From: Rickettsiales bacterium
GTDB taxonomy: Bacteria; Pseudomonadota; Alphaproteobacteria; Rickettsiales; JABSSG01
Assembly (NCBI GenBank): GCA_047404135.1
Contig: JBDOIT010000006.1
Location: 77,364 to 141,363, forward strand
DNA: 64,000 nt
Direction of reading: 5' to 3'
Below, in pieces: positions 40,780-50,363 of this stretch. The notes under the pieces were generated by a model, which did not search any database, had not been told where the DNA came from, and saw only the letters and a list, made by a program, of their open reading frames with translations. Each line of letters starts with the position of its first letter. The stretch's first letter is position 1. A program made the position numbers and the translations under genes.

Positions 40780-42263
40780 CTAACCAACTTATTTATAAAT
40801 TCACAAAACTCTCTGAAAAACACACCACAAGAGAGATTCACTAATGTTATAGCGCCAAGAGCAAGCATAGACAGATAGGTCGTGTGTCTAGGCAAAGTGA
40901 ATTTTGCAGGACATCTTTCATGAGAATCTATTCGCCCCCTCTTATCATATAAAAAACACTCTACCACTCTCCACATATATAGCAATGACAGAAACGACGA
41001 AATCAGAACTAGAGATAGCATTAACCACATTTGCCCTTCAATTAAGCTAGTGATCAAACTAACTTTCGCAACAAAACCAACCGTAGTTGGCACCCCTACT
41101 ATACTTGCTCCATTGATTATAAATAAGAATACTGCGACAGGAATTTGGCGTTTTATGTCGTATAGCTTTGATATATAGTAACTCCCTCTGGAGAGATAAA
41201 TATGAGAGGATAGTATAAACAGAGATGTTTTTGCTAGAATATTACTTATCAAAAAGATAATCGCAGATACTATCCCAGCTTTACTGCCTATACTGATCGC
41301 TATAAAAATATATCCAATTTGAGAGATACTAGAAAATATTAGTATCTCTCTAAGATTGTTATTAGATAGTGCTGCAGATGCACCAACCAACATTGCAAGA
41401 ACCCCAAGAGTGCCTAGTATTATTGAAATATTTGTCCCTTCAACGCTAAACTGCAATCCAAATATCATAAATACCAGCTTCACCACTAGGAACATATATA
41501 TCTTCGATGACGTACTGCTCAAGAAAGGCAGTATAAAAGCACTGGTAGCGCTGTAAGATTGAACAAACCAATTATGCAATGGAAATAATCCAGATTTTAC
41601 CAAAAACCCCGCTAATATTAAAACGAAGCCTAATTTGATCGACAAATGGTCTTTTAATAAAGGCAGTTTTAAAATAAAGTCACTAATGTTCAATGTTCCT
41701 GAAGCTGCATATATATAACCGATACCAACCAAGATAAGGGTAGCTGCTATAGTTCCAATAATCAGATAATAAAATGCCTCTCTAACAGAAGCCTTATTAT
41801 TACTAATCGACACCAATGCATATGTTGCAATAGAAGATATTTCAATAAATACATATAGATTAAAAAAATCATTCGTAAAAACAACTCCAGTAAAGCCAAC
41901 GACAGCAATTAAAAATACAGCGCAAAACACATTTATTTTTTTTGCTTCAACCTCATTAAAGAGAATCTTCCTACCCTGTAAGAATGTTAAGAGTGCCACT
42001 AGCGAAACCAATAGAACAAAAAGACTATTAATCTTATTTAATTTAAACTCAATGCCTATTGGTGGAATCCACCCTCCAAAATGGTAAAGAACCTCGCCAT
42101 GACTCAGTACTTGGTAAAATATTATGCCTGACAAACAAAATACTGTCAGAGCGGCGAAGCTTGTAATTGAATATGCAAGGTTTTTCCTATTGCCTAATAG
42201 TAAAACTATAGAAGAAGCCACTGTAGGAAATAAAAACTCTAACACAAGAGTAGGTTGTATCAT
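40776..42263 (-). CDS. mnhD: Na+/H+ antiporter subunit D (MrpD/MnhD, NuoN-like)
   Basis: 495 aa polytopic. LHNWFVQSYSATSAFILPFLSSTSSK region. Follows mrpC. Confidence 0.8.
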   Translation of the reverse strand: MIQPTLVLEFLFPTVASSIVLLLGNRKNLAYSITSFAALTVFCLSGIIFYQVLSHGEVLYHFGGWIPPIGIEFKLNKINSLFVLLVSLVALLTFLQGRKILFNEVEAKKINVFCAVFLIAVVGFTGVVFTNDFFNLYVFIEISSIATYALVSISNNKASVREAFYYLIIGTIAATLILVGIGYIYAASGTLNISDFILKLPLLKDHLSIKLGFVLILAGFLVKSGLFPLHNWFVQSYSATSAFILPFLSSTSSKIYMFLVVKLVFMIFGLQFSVEGTNISIILGTLGVLAMLVGASAALSNNNLREILIFSSISQIGYIFIAISIGSKAGIVSAIIFLISNILAKTSLFILSSHIYLSRGSYYISKLYDIKRQIPVAVFLFIINGASIVGVPTTVGFVAKVSLITSLIEGQMWLMLSLVLISSFLSLLYMWRVVECFLYDKRGRIDSHERCPAKFTLPRHTTYLSMLALGAITLVNLSCGVFFREFCEFINKLVS

Positions 42264-42611
42264 CTATTCATCCGCCTCATCTTCTTCTGTTTTTCCATAT
42301 TCTTCACGAATTCTTATTATCAAAGCTAATCCTACACTTAGCGTCGCAACCCCTACAACAATTGCTGTAAGCATGAGAACATGTGGCAAAGGGTTAGAAA
42401 CTATTTTAGAGCATTTCTCTGTTTCAATACATTCCATAATAGGAGCTCCCCCTCCACTAACCTTTGCTAGTGCAATAAAAAAAATAATAGACCCGGCCTG
42501 AAAAACACCTAGACCCATCAACCTCTTCAAATGATTTTTGTTTATTGCAATTCCATAAACACCCACTAGCATTATTGCGATAGACATAAAATAAGGAGCT
42601 TTTCCTATCAT
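42264..42611 (-). CDS. mnhC: Na+/H+ antiporter subunit C (MrpC/MnhC, NuoK-like)
   Basis: 115 aa, 3 TM. GLGVFQAGSIIFFIALA... typical NuoK-like pattern. Confidence 0.8.
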   Translation of the reverse strand: MIGKAPYFMSIAIMLVGVYGIAINKNHLKRLMGLGVFQAGSIIFFIALAKVSGGGAPIMECIETEKCSKIVSNPLPHVLMLTAIVVGVATLSVGLALIIRIREEYGKTEEDEADE

Positions 42612-43024
42612 TTATCCCCCCTAGAATCTAACAAATAATATCCTATGCTGAATACAGAAAACACAGTAATGCCAACGCCCCACTCTATCAATGATATTCC
42701 TAATGTTTGCTTTTCAAAAAATCTATTTTCTAGCAACGAATAGTTCAAAAATTCTCCTCCCATCATTACAGATATAAAGCCAGTTCCACCGTATAAAGTG
42801 ACTCCTAAGAAAGAAAGAATTTTCATCTTCTTCAAGCTCAAAACTTGCTCGGCTTTTTTTGACCCAGAAATTAATGCAAATAATATAAATGCAGAAGCCA
42901 TAATCACTCCTGCTTGGAAACCACCACCCGGGGCGTTATTACCATTAATCTGCACATAAAAACCCAAAGCCAAAATAAATGGGAAAATAAATCTAGATAC
43001 AGTAATTAGGATTTCATTTTTCAT
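42608..43024 (-). CDS. mnhB: Na+/H+ antiporter subunit B (MrpB/MnhB)
   Basis: 138 aa. NAPGGGFQAGVI signature. Confidence 0.8.
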   Translation of the reverse strand: MKNEILITVSRFIFPFILALGFYVQINGNNAPGGGFQAGVIMASAFILFALISGSKKAEQVLSLKKMKILSFLGVTLYGGTGFISVMMGGEFLNYSLLENRFFEKQTLGISLIEWGVGITVFSVFSIGYYLLDSRGDK

Positions 43025-43547
43025 TTTTTTTCTCCTGATTCTTCTTTCCTAAAATTAATAGCAAAGAAACTCCCGCCACGAAAATCACAAGAGTTTCTCC
43101 AAAAGTATCGAACCCTCTGTAACTAGCTAGAATAGAATTCACAATCGAAAGTAACCCTGTATCTTTACCAAAATTATCTTTATAGTATGAAACCGCACCA
43201 CTATTGGCGAGTGAATCAATATCACCATACTCATGTAAACCTAAAGAATGAAATATAATAGCAATAAACAAAGTAATGCATATACCTATAGCTAAATAAT
43301 CTACGCTCAATTTATCCGTATCTTTATTTGCATATTTCAAGGTAGCCAAAAGAAAGCAAGTAGTAACACATGTACCTATAGATGCCTCTGTAAGCGCAAC
43401 ATCTGGAGCTGCCATAATTGTATATAAGAGAACACACAATACACTCATAGCAGTAGCAAGTATTACAGCGCTCAAAAGACTGGCGCTATGTACTAGTGCA
43501 ATTGCTATACAAAGAATTAACATCATTACAAATATATCAAGAATCAT
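43014..43547 (-). CDS. DUF4040-type subunit (MrpA C-terminal / MbhD-like)
   Basis: 177 aa. APDVALTEASIG motif typical of the MrpA C-terminal/MbhD module, here a separate gene. Confidence 0.7.
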   Translation of the reverse strand: MILDIFVMMLILCIAIALVHSASLLSAVILATAMSVLCVLLYTIMAAPDVALTEASIGTCVTTCFLLATLKYANKDTDKLSVDYLAIGICITLFIAIIFHSLGLHEYGDIDSLANSGAVSYYKDNFGKDTGLLSIVNSILASYRGFDTFGETLVIFVAGVSLLLILGKKNQEKKNEK

Positions 43548-43834
43548 GATCTCTTCTTACCATCTTTATGAAACTTTGCATTCGCTAAAGAATGCGTAGA
43601 CGTAGGAGAAAGTAATATTATCAATATGATTAACATTGCAAGCTTCAATGACACTAAGTTCAAACCATTTATCACGATTAAACCTATAAGTACTATGGGT
43701 GCTCCACAAGATTCTGATATACCAGCAGAATGCATGATCATGTAGGTGCTGCGCATTCTTATACAACCAAAGGCGCTGATAAGTATGAATAATACTCCAA
43801 AACCCACTATAAAAAGACCGATGTAATAACTCAC
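43544..43834 (-). CDS. mnhG: Na+/H+ antiporter subunit G (MrpG/MnhG)
   Basis: 96 aa, 3 TM. RMRSTYMIMHSAGISESCGAPIVLIG resembles the R.H...K..T.G motif region. Confidence 0.75.
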   Translation of the reverse strand: MSYYIGLFIVGFGVLFILISAFGCIRMRSTYMIMHSAGISESCGAPIVLIGLIVINGLNLVSLKLAMLIILIILLSPTSTHSLANAKFHKDGKKRS

Positions 43835-44088
43835 TACACTCTCCCTCTTCGAAAAAACTTTAAAAATGCCATGCTAGAGACAAACCCTAAAGAACCATAT
43901 ATAGCTGCTATATCCAAGAAAAAAGACTCAATACCCTCTAACACTACCATCATTGCAATCGTAACCACGATATAACAAGTTATACAATTTACTGATACAA
44001 TTTTAGATATATGATCTTTTTTTACAAAAAGACACAATACCATCAATAGCAATGCAGTAAATATTATAAAAAACAGCCCTATTATCAC
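43834..44088 (-). CDS. mnhF: Na+/H+ antiporter subunit F (MrpF/MnhF)
   Basis: 84 aa, 3 TM. Position between E and G. Confidence 0.7.
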   Translation of the reverse strand: MIIGLFFIIFTALLLMVLCLFVKKDHISKIVSVNCITCYIVVTIAMMVVLEGIESFFLDIAAIYGSLGFVSSMAFLKFFRRGRV

Positions 44089-44579
44089 TCTTCTATTTTA
44101 TTAATTTTTCTCTCCATTTTCCCATCTTTGAGATCTTTATAATGCTCACTAGTAACAGAATGAACTACGAAGCTTTTATCTCTCATCTCCAATGTAATAG
44201 TACCAGGAGTCAGTGTAATAGAATTGGCATATTTTACATTCGATAACTGACTCATATTTGTAGAAATATTTTTAATCACTGGCTTTACGCTTTTACATAA
44301 CAAAATCATTTTAGCCATTATTATCGCTGATAAAAACACCTCCTTCAACAGCCAGGTCAGGTACTTCATTAGTTTGAAATTTACTTTAAATCTAGATTGA
44401 GGCCTATGCCTGTAAAAAAATACCTCGTATAAAGCGCAAGATATACCAGAAAAAAACAAAGACTTCGTAATACCTCCGTAGCTAATATCGGAAAGCATAA
44501 TTAAGAAAAAAACAGACACACAAAAAAAATGTTTCATAACCACAACCTTTATCCATAGAATTATATGAGCAAAAATCAC
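44085..44579 (-). CDS. mnhE: Na+/H+ antiporter subunit E (MrpE/MnhE)
   Basis: 164 aa. ANSITLTPGTITLEM motif. The start may be the internal Met (MKHFF...). Confidence 0.75.
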   Translation of the reverse strand: MIFAHIILWIKVVVMKHFFCVSVFFLIMLSDISYGGITKSLFFSGISCALYEVFFYRHRPQSRFKVNFKLMKYLTWLLKEVFLSAIIMAKMILLCKSVKPVIKNISTNMSQLSNVKYANSITLTPGTITLEMRDKSFVVHSVTSEHYKDLKDGKMERKINKIEE

Positions 44580-44618
44580 AAAAAGAAACTTAAACTATCC
44601 TATTTTTTGAGGTAATTA

Positions 44619-44646
44619 TTGACCTTTGCGATGTTTTTACTATGGT
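44619..44646 (+). promoter_or_regulatory. sigma70-like promoter candidate for the 289-aa orphan gene
   Basis: TTGACC (44619-44624), 16-nt spacer, TATGGT (44641-44646), 26 nt before the ATG at 44673. Confidence 0.35.
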
Positions 44647-44672
44647 AGCTATAACGTTTACAAAGAAAATCT

Positions 44673-45542
44673 ATGAAAGCTTTAGAAATGCAACACAGAG
44701 TTAACTCTGTGTTCGGAATGGTACATACAGGTCACAATTCAACAAATTTTTCTTTTAATGCAGAGCGCCCTATACGCAAATCCTCTTTCAGCTCTAAATT
44801 CTCCAATGCTAACTCAAAAGCAGGAGCTTATATAGTAGAAAACACCAAAATAATTGATAGAACTGCCAATGCTGCTTTCAATTTTCTTGGGTGGGATTTT
44901 GAAATCAAATTACATCAATATAAAGATTTACTAGTAGCATCTCATATCACAGCAGGGCTCTATGATTTCATCCATGGAGACAAATCTCCATATTCATCGC
45001 TTGGCAGCGTCGTTTATACATTAAATGAAAAAAGCGACTTCTTCACATACATAGAGAACGTACCATTAAAATGCACAGTAGAAGGAGGGTATGCCTTGCT
45101 ACGCGGATACCCAGACATACCGCTTTTATTCACCCCATCCTCAGGTCTTGTCGGAGCTTTAATAAACTTCTCACTATGCTTTAACAGAGAAACAAATTCT
45201 GGAACATCCAAAGACCTGATAGACTCGACACTAAAGTTCACCAAAGCAATGCTACAGGCACAGAATTCTGTATTTCATGCTATTGCTAAAATGGAGAACC
45301 CATACCCCATATTAGAAGATATTTACCAAACTGGCAATTTCTTAGGTGAGTTAAAAGAATTGTGGGAGAATAATGATCCGGCACTTGCCTCCCGAACATT
45401 AGCATACACAAAAGCATCTTGGAATTTATACGACATCCATTCTTACTTCAATACTGCACCAGAGGACAATCATGCCAACACCTGCTCTCATGCTGACGAA
45501 AAAGGATATGTTGGTGAAATAGAAAATGTTAATGACGCATAA
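44673..45542 (+). CDS. hypothetical protein, no recognisable domain
   Basis: 289-aa uninterrupted ORF with a plausible promoter. No TM helices or motifs I recognise. Confidence 0.55.
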   Translation: MKALEMQHRVNSVFGMVHTGHNSTNFSFNAERPIRKSSFSSKFSNANSKAGAYIVENTKIIDRTANAAFNFLGWDFEIKLHQYKDLLVASHITAGLYDFIHGDKSPYSSLGSVVYTLNEKSDFFTYIENVPLKCTVEGGYALLRGYPDIPLLFTPSSGLVGALINFSLCFNRETNSGTSKDLIDSTLKFTKAMLQAQNSVFHAIAKMENPYPILEDIYQTGNFLGELKELWENNDPALASRTLAYTKASWNLYDIHSYFNTAPEDNHANTCSHADEKGYVGEIENVNDA

Positions 45543-45797
45543 CTCTATTTCATAGAATGGTATTGCTTCACAACCACTCTGAGTGATCCACTTGCATAGA
45601 TACAAGCAGTTTTTTGAGAAATGATATAGTAATCTCCTGACATTTACACTTCTCCTATTTTCTTCAATATCATAACCATTATCTCAGTTCCTACAGTCTT
45701 TTCTAAATTGGAGTTATGAAACAAACCGTCATAGAGTTATAAAACTGCTTTACTTATTGTGATAAATACTATAAATATTTGTCCATTGTTACATTCC

Positions 45798-45875
45798 GGG
45801 GGTGTAGCTCAGTCTGGTTAGAGCGCCTGCCTGTCACGCAGGAGGTCGCGGGTTCAAGTCCCGTCACTCCCGCCA
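45798..45875 (+). tRNA. tRNA-Asp (GTC)
   Basis: Folded by hand: acceptor GGGGGTG/CACTCCC, anticodon stem CCTGC/GCAGG with loop CTGTCAC, T-arm GCGGG-TTCAAGT-CCCGT, encoded CCA. Confidence 0.93.
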
Positions 45876-45891
45876 TTTACGGAATATTGAT

Positions 45892-47943
45892 ATGAGCGCA
45901 AATCCGCCAATCGCAAAAAAAATTCCTTATCAATACAAAGTACACAATAATACCATCACAGACAATTACCATTGGCTAAGAGATTTTGATTGGCCTAAAG
46001 TTAGCAAAGAAGATGTGCTTGAATACCTAAAAGCAGAAAATGCCCATGCAGCACATTTCTTTGATCCCAAGAAAAACCTAATAGATAATATATATAAAGA
46101 TCTCATAGGAAGAATAAAATTAGATGACATCTCTACCCCTATGAGAGATAAAAACTACTACTATTATAGCATCACAAAAGAAAAGCTAGATTATTCTATA
46201 TTTGCAAGAAAAACTAAAGATGGCAAAGAAGAGATACTTCTAGATAAGAACGAAGAAGCCAAAGGCGAGAAATATTATAGAGTAGGCACAGTATCAATAA
46301 GCCCCAATGAAAATCTTATGGCTTACTCAACCGACACTTCTGGTGATGAGCGTTTTAAATTAAAGATCAAAGATCTAAAAACAAATCATTTTCTACATGA
46401 TGAACTGGAAAATATTATGGGAGAGGCTGTGTGGCACGAAACCGGAGAAGGTTTATACTATACAAAGCTAGATGATAAATGGCGCCCAAATACCCTATAC
46501 TACCACAAGCTAGGCACTGACCAGAAAGATGATATTCTTTTATACAAAGAGGAAGATCATGTCTTCCGCATCGGCATAGGAAAAACAACTGACAGAGAAT
46601 ATATAATTCTTGGCGTATCAAGTAGCACCACCAGCGAAGTCAGGTACATAAAATCTGATGACCTCACACATAAAGTGCACCTATTCATACCAAGAAAAGA
46701 TGAGCATTTATGTTCAGTCGATCACATGCATGGTGAGTTCTACATCGAAACAAATGATAAAGGGAAAAATTTCAGATTAGTTAGAACTAAGAATCACAAA
46801 AATTTTGACGACTTGGAAGAACTGGTGCCACATCAAGATGATGTCTATTTAACAAGTTACTATTTATATGAAAAACATATTGTCACTCAAGCAAAGAAAG
46901 ATGGCCTTCCTAAGATCACTGTCCAAGATTACAAAATGAATAACAAGGATGTACTAGAATTCCCTGAGACGACCTATACTGCCGGAGTATCCTACTCATG
47001 CCATGATGACGATGGAATGTTTGTTGGGTACACATCCATGACATCTCCGGGTACGATGTTTAAATATGATTTCAAAACCAAAGATCTCAATATAATAAAA
47101 ATACAAGAGATACCTTCTGGATATGATAAATCTGAATATCATTCCGAAAGAGTATTAGCTTTCTCTCGTGAAGAAGGAACCAAAATACCTGTATCTCTAG
47201 TATACAAAAAATCTCTCTTTAAAAAAGATGGGAGCAACCCTCTATTCTTATATGGATATGGATCATATGGACATGCGGTACCTCCTTCTTTTAACTCCAA
47301 CTCTCTATCCCTCCTAGATGAAGGCTTTATATATGCAGTTGCGCATATTAGGGGGGGCGATGATTTAGGATTTCATTGGTATGAAGATGCAAAATTCTTG
47401 AATAAAAAAAGAACTTTCAATGACTTCATAGACACAGCAAAGCATCTTTCTAAAGAAAACTACACATCTGAAGGAAATATAGTCATCTCAGGAGGAAGCG
47501 CAGGAGGCATGCTGATGGGTGTAGCACTGAACGAAGCCCCTGAGTTATTCAAAGCAGCAATAGCAGATGTTCCTTTCGTAGATGTATTAAATACGATGCT
47601 TGATCATACATTGCCGCTAACACCAGGGGAATTCAAAGAATGGGGAAACCCACAGGAGAAAGATTATTTTGACTATATCAAATCTTACTCACCATACGAA
47701 AATGTAAAAGAGCAACGTTACCCAGCTTTATATATTTTAGGTGGACTAAATGACCCAAGAGTAGCTTACTGGGAGCCAGCAAAATGGGCAGCAAAGCTAA
47801 GGGATTTCAAAACCGACTCTAATGTTATTATCTTTGAAACTAACATGGATACAGGTCACGGTGGAAAATCAGGAAGATTCGAAGCTTATAAAGAATTAGC
47901 CAAAAAATATGCCTTCATTCTTAGAGTCTTCAATAAAGCCTAG
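45892..47943 (+). CDS. ptrB: oligopeptidase B (S9A prolyl oligopeptidase family)
   Basis: 683 aa. N-terminal DNYHWLRD, beta-propeller region, catalytic GGSAGGML and C-terminal DTGHGG. Confidence 0.9.
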   Translation: MSANPPIAKKIPYQYKVHNNTITDNYHWLRDFDWPKVSKEDVLEYLKAENAHAAHFFDPKKNLIDNIYKDLIGRIKLDDISTPMRDKNYYYYSITKEKLDYSIFARKTKDGKEEILLDKNEEAKGEKYYRVGTVSISPNENLMAYSTDTSGDERFKLKIKDLKTNHFLHDELENIMGEAVWHETGEGLYYTKLDDKWRPNTLYYHKLGTDQKDDILLYKEEDHVFRIGIGKTTDREYIILGVSSSTTSEVRYIKSDDLTHKVHLFIPRKDEHLCSVDHMHGEFYIETNDKGKNFRLVRTKNHKNFDDLEELVPHQDDVYLTSYYLYEKHIVTQAKKDGLPKITVQDYKMNNKDVLEFPETTYTAGVSYSCHDDDGMFVGYTSMTSPGTMFKYDFKTKDLNIIKIQEIPSGYDKSEYHSERVLAFSREEGTKIPVSLVYKKSLFKKDGSNPLFLYGYGSYGHAVPPSFNSNSLSLLDEGFIYAVAHIRGGDDLGFHWYEDAKFLNKKRTFNDFIDTAKHLSKENYTSEGNIVISGGSAGGMLMGVALNEAPELFKAAIADVPFVDVLNTMLDHTLPLTPGEFKEWGNPQEKDYFDYIKSYSPYENVKEQRYPALYILGGLNDPRVAYWEPAKWAAKLRDFKTDSNVIIFETNMDTGHGGKSGRFEAYKELAKKYAFILRVFNKA

Positions 47944-48920
47944 GCTTCACTAGATATTTTCTTTTTTCGAATTACCTCTCTATGCATTAGAGCAAGACCA
48001 GATGCAATAATTAGCATATAACCGATCCACGATGCAGGCTTTGGAGATGCACCAAATATTATAAATCCATATGTTCCAGCCCATACTGCCTTAAAATATG
48101 AAAATGGCATCACAACAGAAAACTCTCCGAATTTCAATGCATTAAATAGAAACAAACTATGAGAGAAGTAACACATAGCCATCCCAAGAATTAGAATAAT
48201 ATGATTCCACTGCAGCCCTATTTCTGAGAATCTGGTAATTCTCGTAGGAACCCACATTGAACCCAAAGACGTCTTTATAATCCCCCAATCAACAAAAGCA
48301 ATTGGGTAGGTAAAAAGCACAGAAAACAATAAAAGATAGAACATCTGATTCTTGCCATTACTTTTCAATCCAAGATTTTTAATAGTAACGTTATTACACA
48401 CCCATAGAAAGATAGACCCAATAATAAATAGATATCCTTTATTAAACTGATTAGAAAACTCACTCAAACCATCTAACGAAAAAACATCTGTCCTAACAAC
48501 AATTAAAACTCCAACAAGACTTAAGAGTACACAGAGAATCTTTGTCTTAGTGGCTTTTTCACGAAAGAAGATCATGCCAATGGCGACTAACAACACCTGC
48601 TCTACATTTTGTAGAACCGTTGCATCTATAAGACGAACAAATTGCAGACCATACATAAAACTTAAAGATCCTCCTACGCTAAAAAAAGCTCTGAGCAAAT
48701 GCATTTTAAAATGCTTTGTTTTTATATTCTCCAAACCCCCTTTGTGTAAGATCCATGGAAAAGCACAAATTAGAACAGAAGCCTTATAAAGAAACACAAT
48801 GTGGACAGATGAAATATCTTTAATTACAAATTTAACGATAGTATAAAGAGTAGCTACAGACAAAGTATCGAATAATACACAAGATATTCCTAAAAAGTTA
48901 TTACGCTTTGGAGCAGCCAA
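47940..48920 (-). CDS. EamA/DMT-family transporter
   Basis: 326 aa, ~10 TM, two EamA-like halves. TTG start at 48920, no early internal Met. Confidence 0.7.
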   Translation of the reverse strand: MAAPKRNNFLGISCVLFDTLSVATLYTIVKFVIKDISSVHIVFLYKASVLICAFPWILHKGGLENIKTKHFKMHLLRAFFSVGGSLSFMYGLQFVRLIDATVLQNVEQVLLVAIGMIFFREKATKTKILCVLLSLVGVLIVVRTDVFSLDGLSEFSNQFNKGYLFIIGSIFLWVCNNVTIKNLGLKSNGKNQMFYLLLFSVLFTYPIAFVDWGIIKTSLGSMWVPTRITRFSEIGLQWNHIILILGMAMCYFSHSLFLFNALKFGEFSVVMPFSYFKAVWAGTYGFIIFGASPKPASWIGYMLIIASGLALMHREVIRKKKISSEA

Positions 48921-49271
48921 AGTAATGACCTCTTTAATTAATAAAATCGAGAGATATTAACATTAAAATGAACCAATTCCAACTTATATCGAACAATATA
49001 GAGGGATTTTTACCTAGTATTTTCTACTGATATTAGTTTTATATGCTTTTAATCTAACGTTTTATTTCGAGACCAGTCAAATCTATAGCGCTTGCGCTAA
49101 TATCCGGCCCCTCAATAAAAGGCAAGACCTTTCTCCGACAATCGCCACTCTACAACCTCCATGTATAAAAATATAATGTGCCATATAAGCGTATAAATCT
49201 TCAAAAAAAATAATGCACAATGTTTTCTTTATACTGTATTATCTTTTTGAATTTACAATAACTTTTGTGGA

Positions 49272-49805
49272 ATGAGAATATTTTTACTAGCCGCCTCTTT
49301 AAGAAAAGAATCCTCAAATAAAGCGCTCATCAGTCTATGTGCAAATTATTTAGGTAAAAACCACGAGGTGGACTTTGCAGAATTCTCTGAATTCGATGTG
49401 CCTTTATATAATGGTGATATTCAAGAAAAAGATGGAATTCCACAAAATGCCCAGAACTTTTCTAAAAGGATAAAGGAAGCAGACAAGGTAATTTTTTCTG
49501 TGCCAGAATATAATTACTCTGTTCCTGGAGCATTCAAGAATCTTATAGACTGGGCCTCAAGGATTAGGCCAATACCTTATAAAGATCTCAAAATTCTTAT
49601 TTTGACAGCTTCTACTGCTGATTGTGGGGGCAATAGAAGCTACTGGCATACAAAAATCCCCTTCGAAGGATGTGGAGCTTTTGTATATCCAGGAACTTTC
49701 TCTCTAGCTAAAACACATAAAATCTTAGATTCAAAGGGGGAGCTAAGAGAAGAAAAGTTATTACAACAACTACATTCACTTTTGGACGAATTCACATTAC
49801 ATTAA
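49272..49805 (+). CDS. NADPH-dependent FMN reductase family protein
   Basis: 177 aa. Flavodoxin-like LAASLRKESSN..., PEYNYSVPGAFKNLIDWASR. Confidence 0.8.
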   Translation: MRIFLLAASLRKESSNKALISLCANYLGKNHEVDFAEFSEFDVPLYNGDIQEKDGIPQNAQNFSKRIKEADKVIFSVPEYNYSVPGAFKNLIDWASRIRPIPYKDLKILILTASTADCGGNRSYWHTKIPFEGCGAFVYPGTFSLAKTHKILDSKGELREEKLLQQLHSLLDEFTLH

Positions 49806-49817
49806 TCAGGTATCACA

Positions 49818-50273
49818 ATGAATAAAATAGCTATTAAACTTACAAAGACAGAAACTGGAAAAGGCCTCCCTACTCCAAAATATGCTACCGAAGGAAGCGC
49901 TGGAATGGATCTATATGCAGATATAGAGAATAAATTTGTGTTACATAAAAACACAAGAACATTGGTCTCCACCGGTATTTCTATTGAACTTCCACGGGGT
50001 TATGAATCACAAATCAGACCAAGGTCTGGATTAGCTGCAAAAAATGGCATTACAGTCCTCAACACCCCAGGAACTATAGATTCTGACTATAGAGGAGAAA
50101 TCAAAGTAATATTGATTAACCTTTCTGACCAAGATTTCACAATAGAGCGCGGCATGAGAATTGCTCAAATGGTGATTGCCCCTGTTGCAATGGCAACTAT
50201 TACAGAAACTGAAACACTTGAAAAAACCGTAAGGGGAGAAGGGGGTTTTGGATCCACAGGTGTAGAAGCGTAA
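49818..50273 (+). CDS. dut: dUTP diphosphatase
   Basis: 151 aa. All five dUTPase motifs ([39 protein letters not shown]). Confidence 0.96.
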   Translation: MNKIAIKLTKTETGKGLPTPKYATEGSAGMDLYADIENKFVLHKNTRTLVSTGISIELPRGYESQIRPRSGLAAKNGITVLNTPGTIDSDYRGEIKVILINLSDQDFTIERGMRIAQMVIAPVAMATITETETLEKTVRGEGGFGSTGVEA

Positions 50274-50363
50274 CTATACCTCCATATCAAAAGAAAAACG
50301 ATGCATAAACAACTATGGGATAATATAATATAATTATACTCCACATTGTTTTAGGTAATAAGT

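Noticed and set aside
49086-49099. Inverted repeat TAGCGC-TT-GCGCTA in the 350-bp EamA/FMN-reductase intergenic region as an operator or sRNA
   Set aside because: It is a single short palindrome with no second copy, no adjacent regulator and no promoter alignment that I can support. It is noted only as a locally GC-rich oddity.
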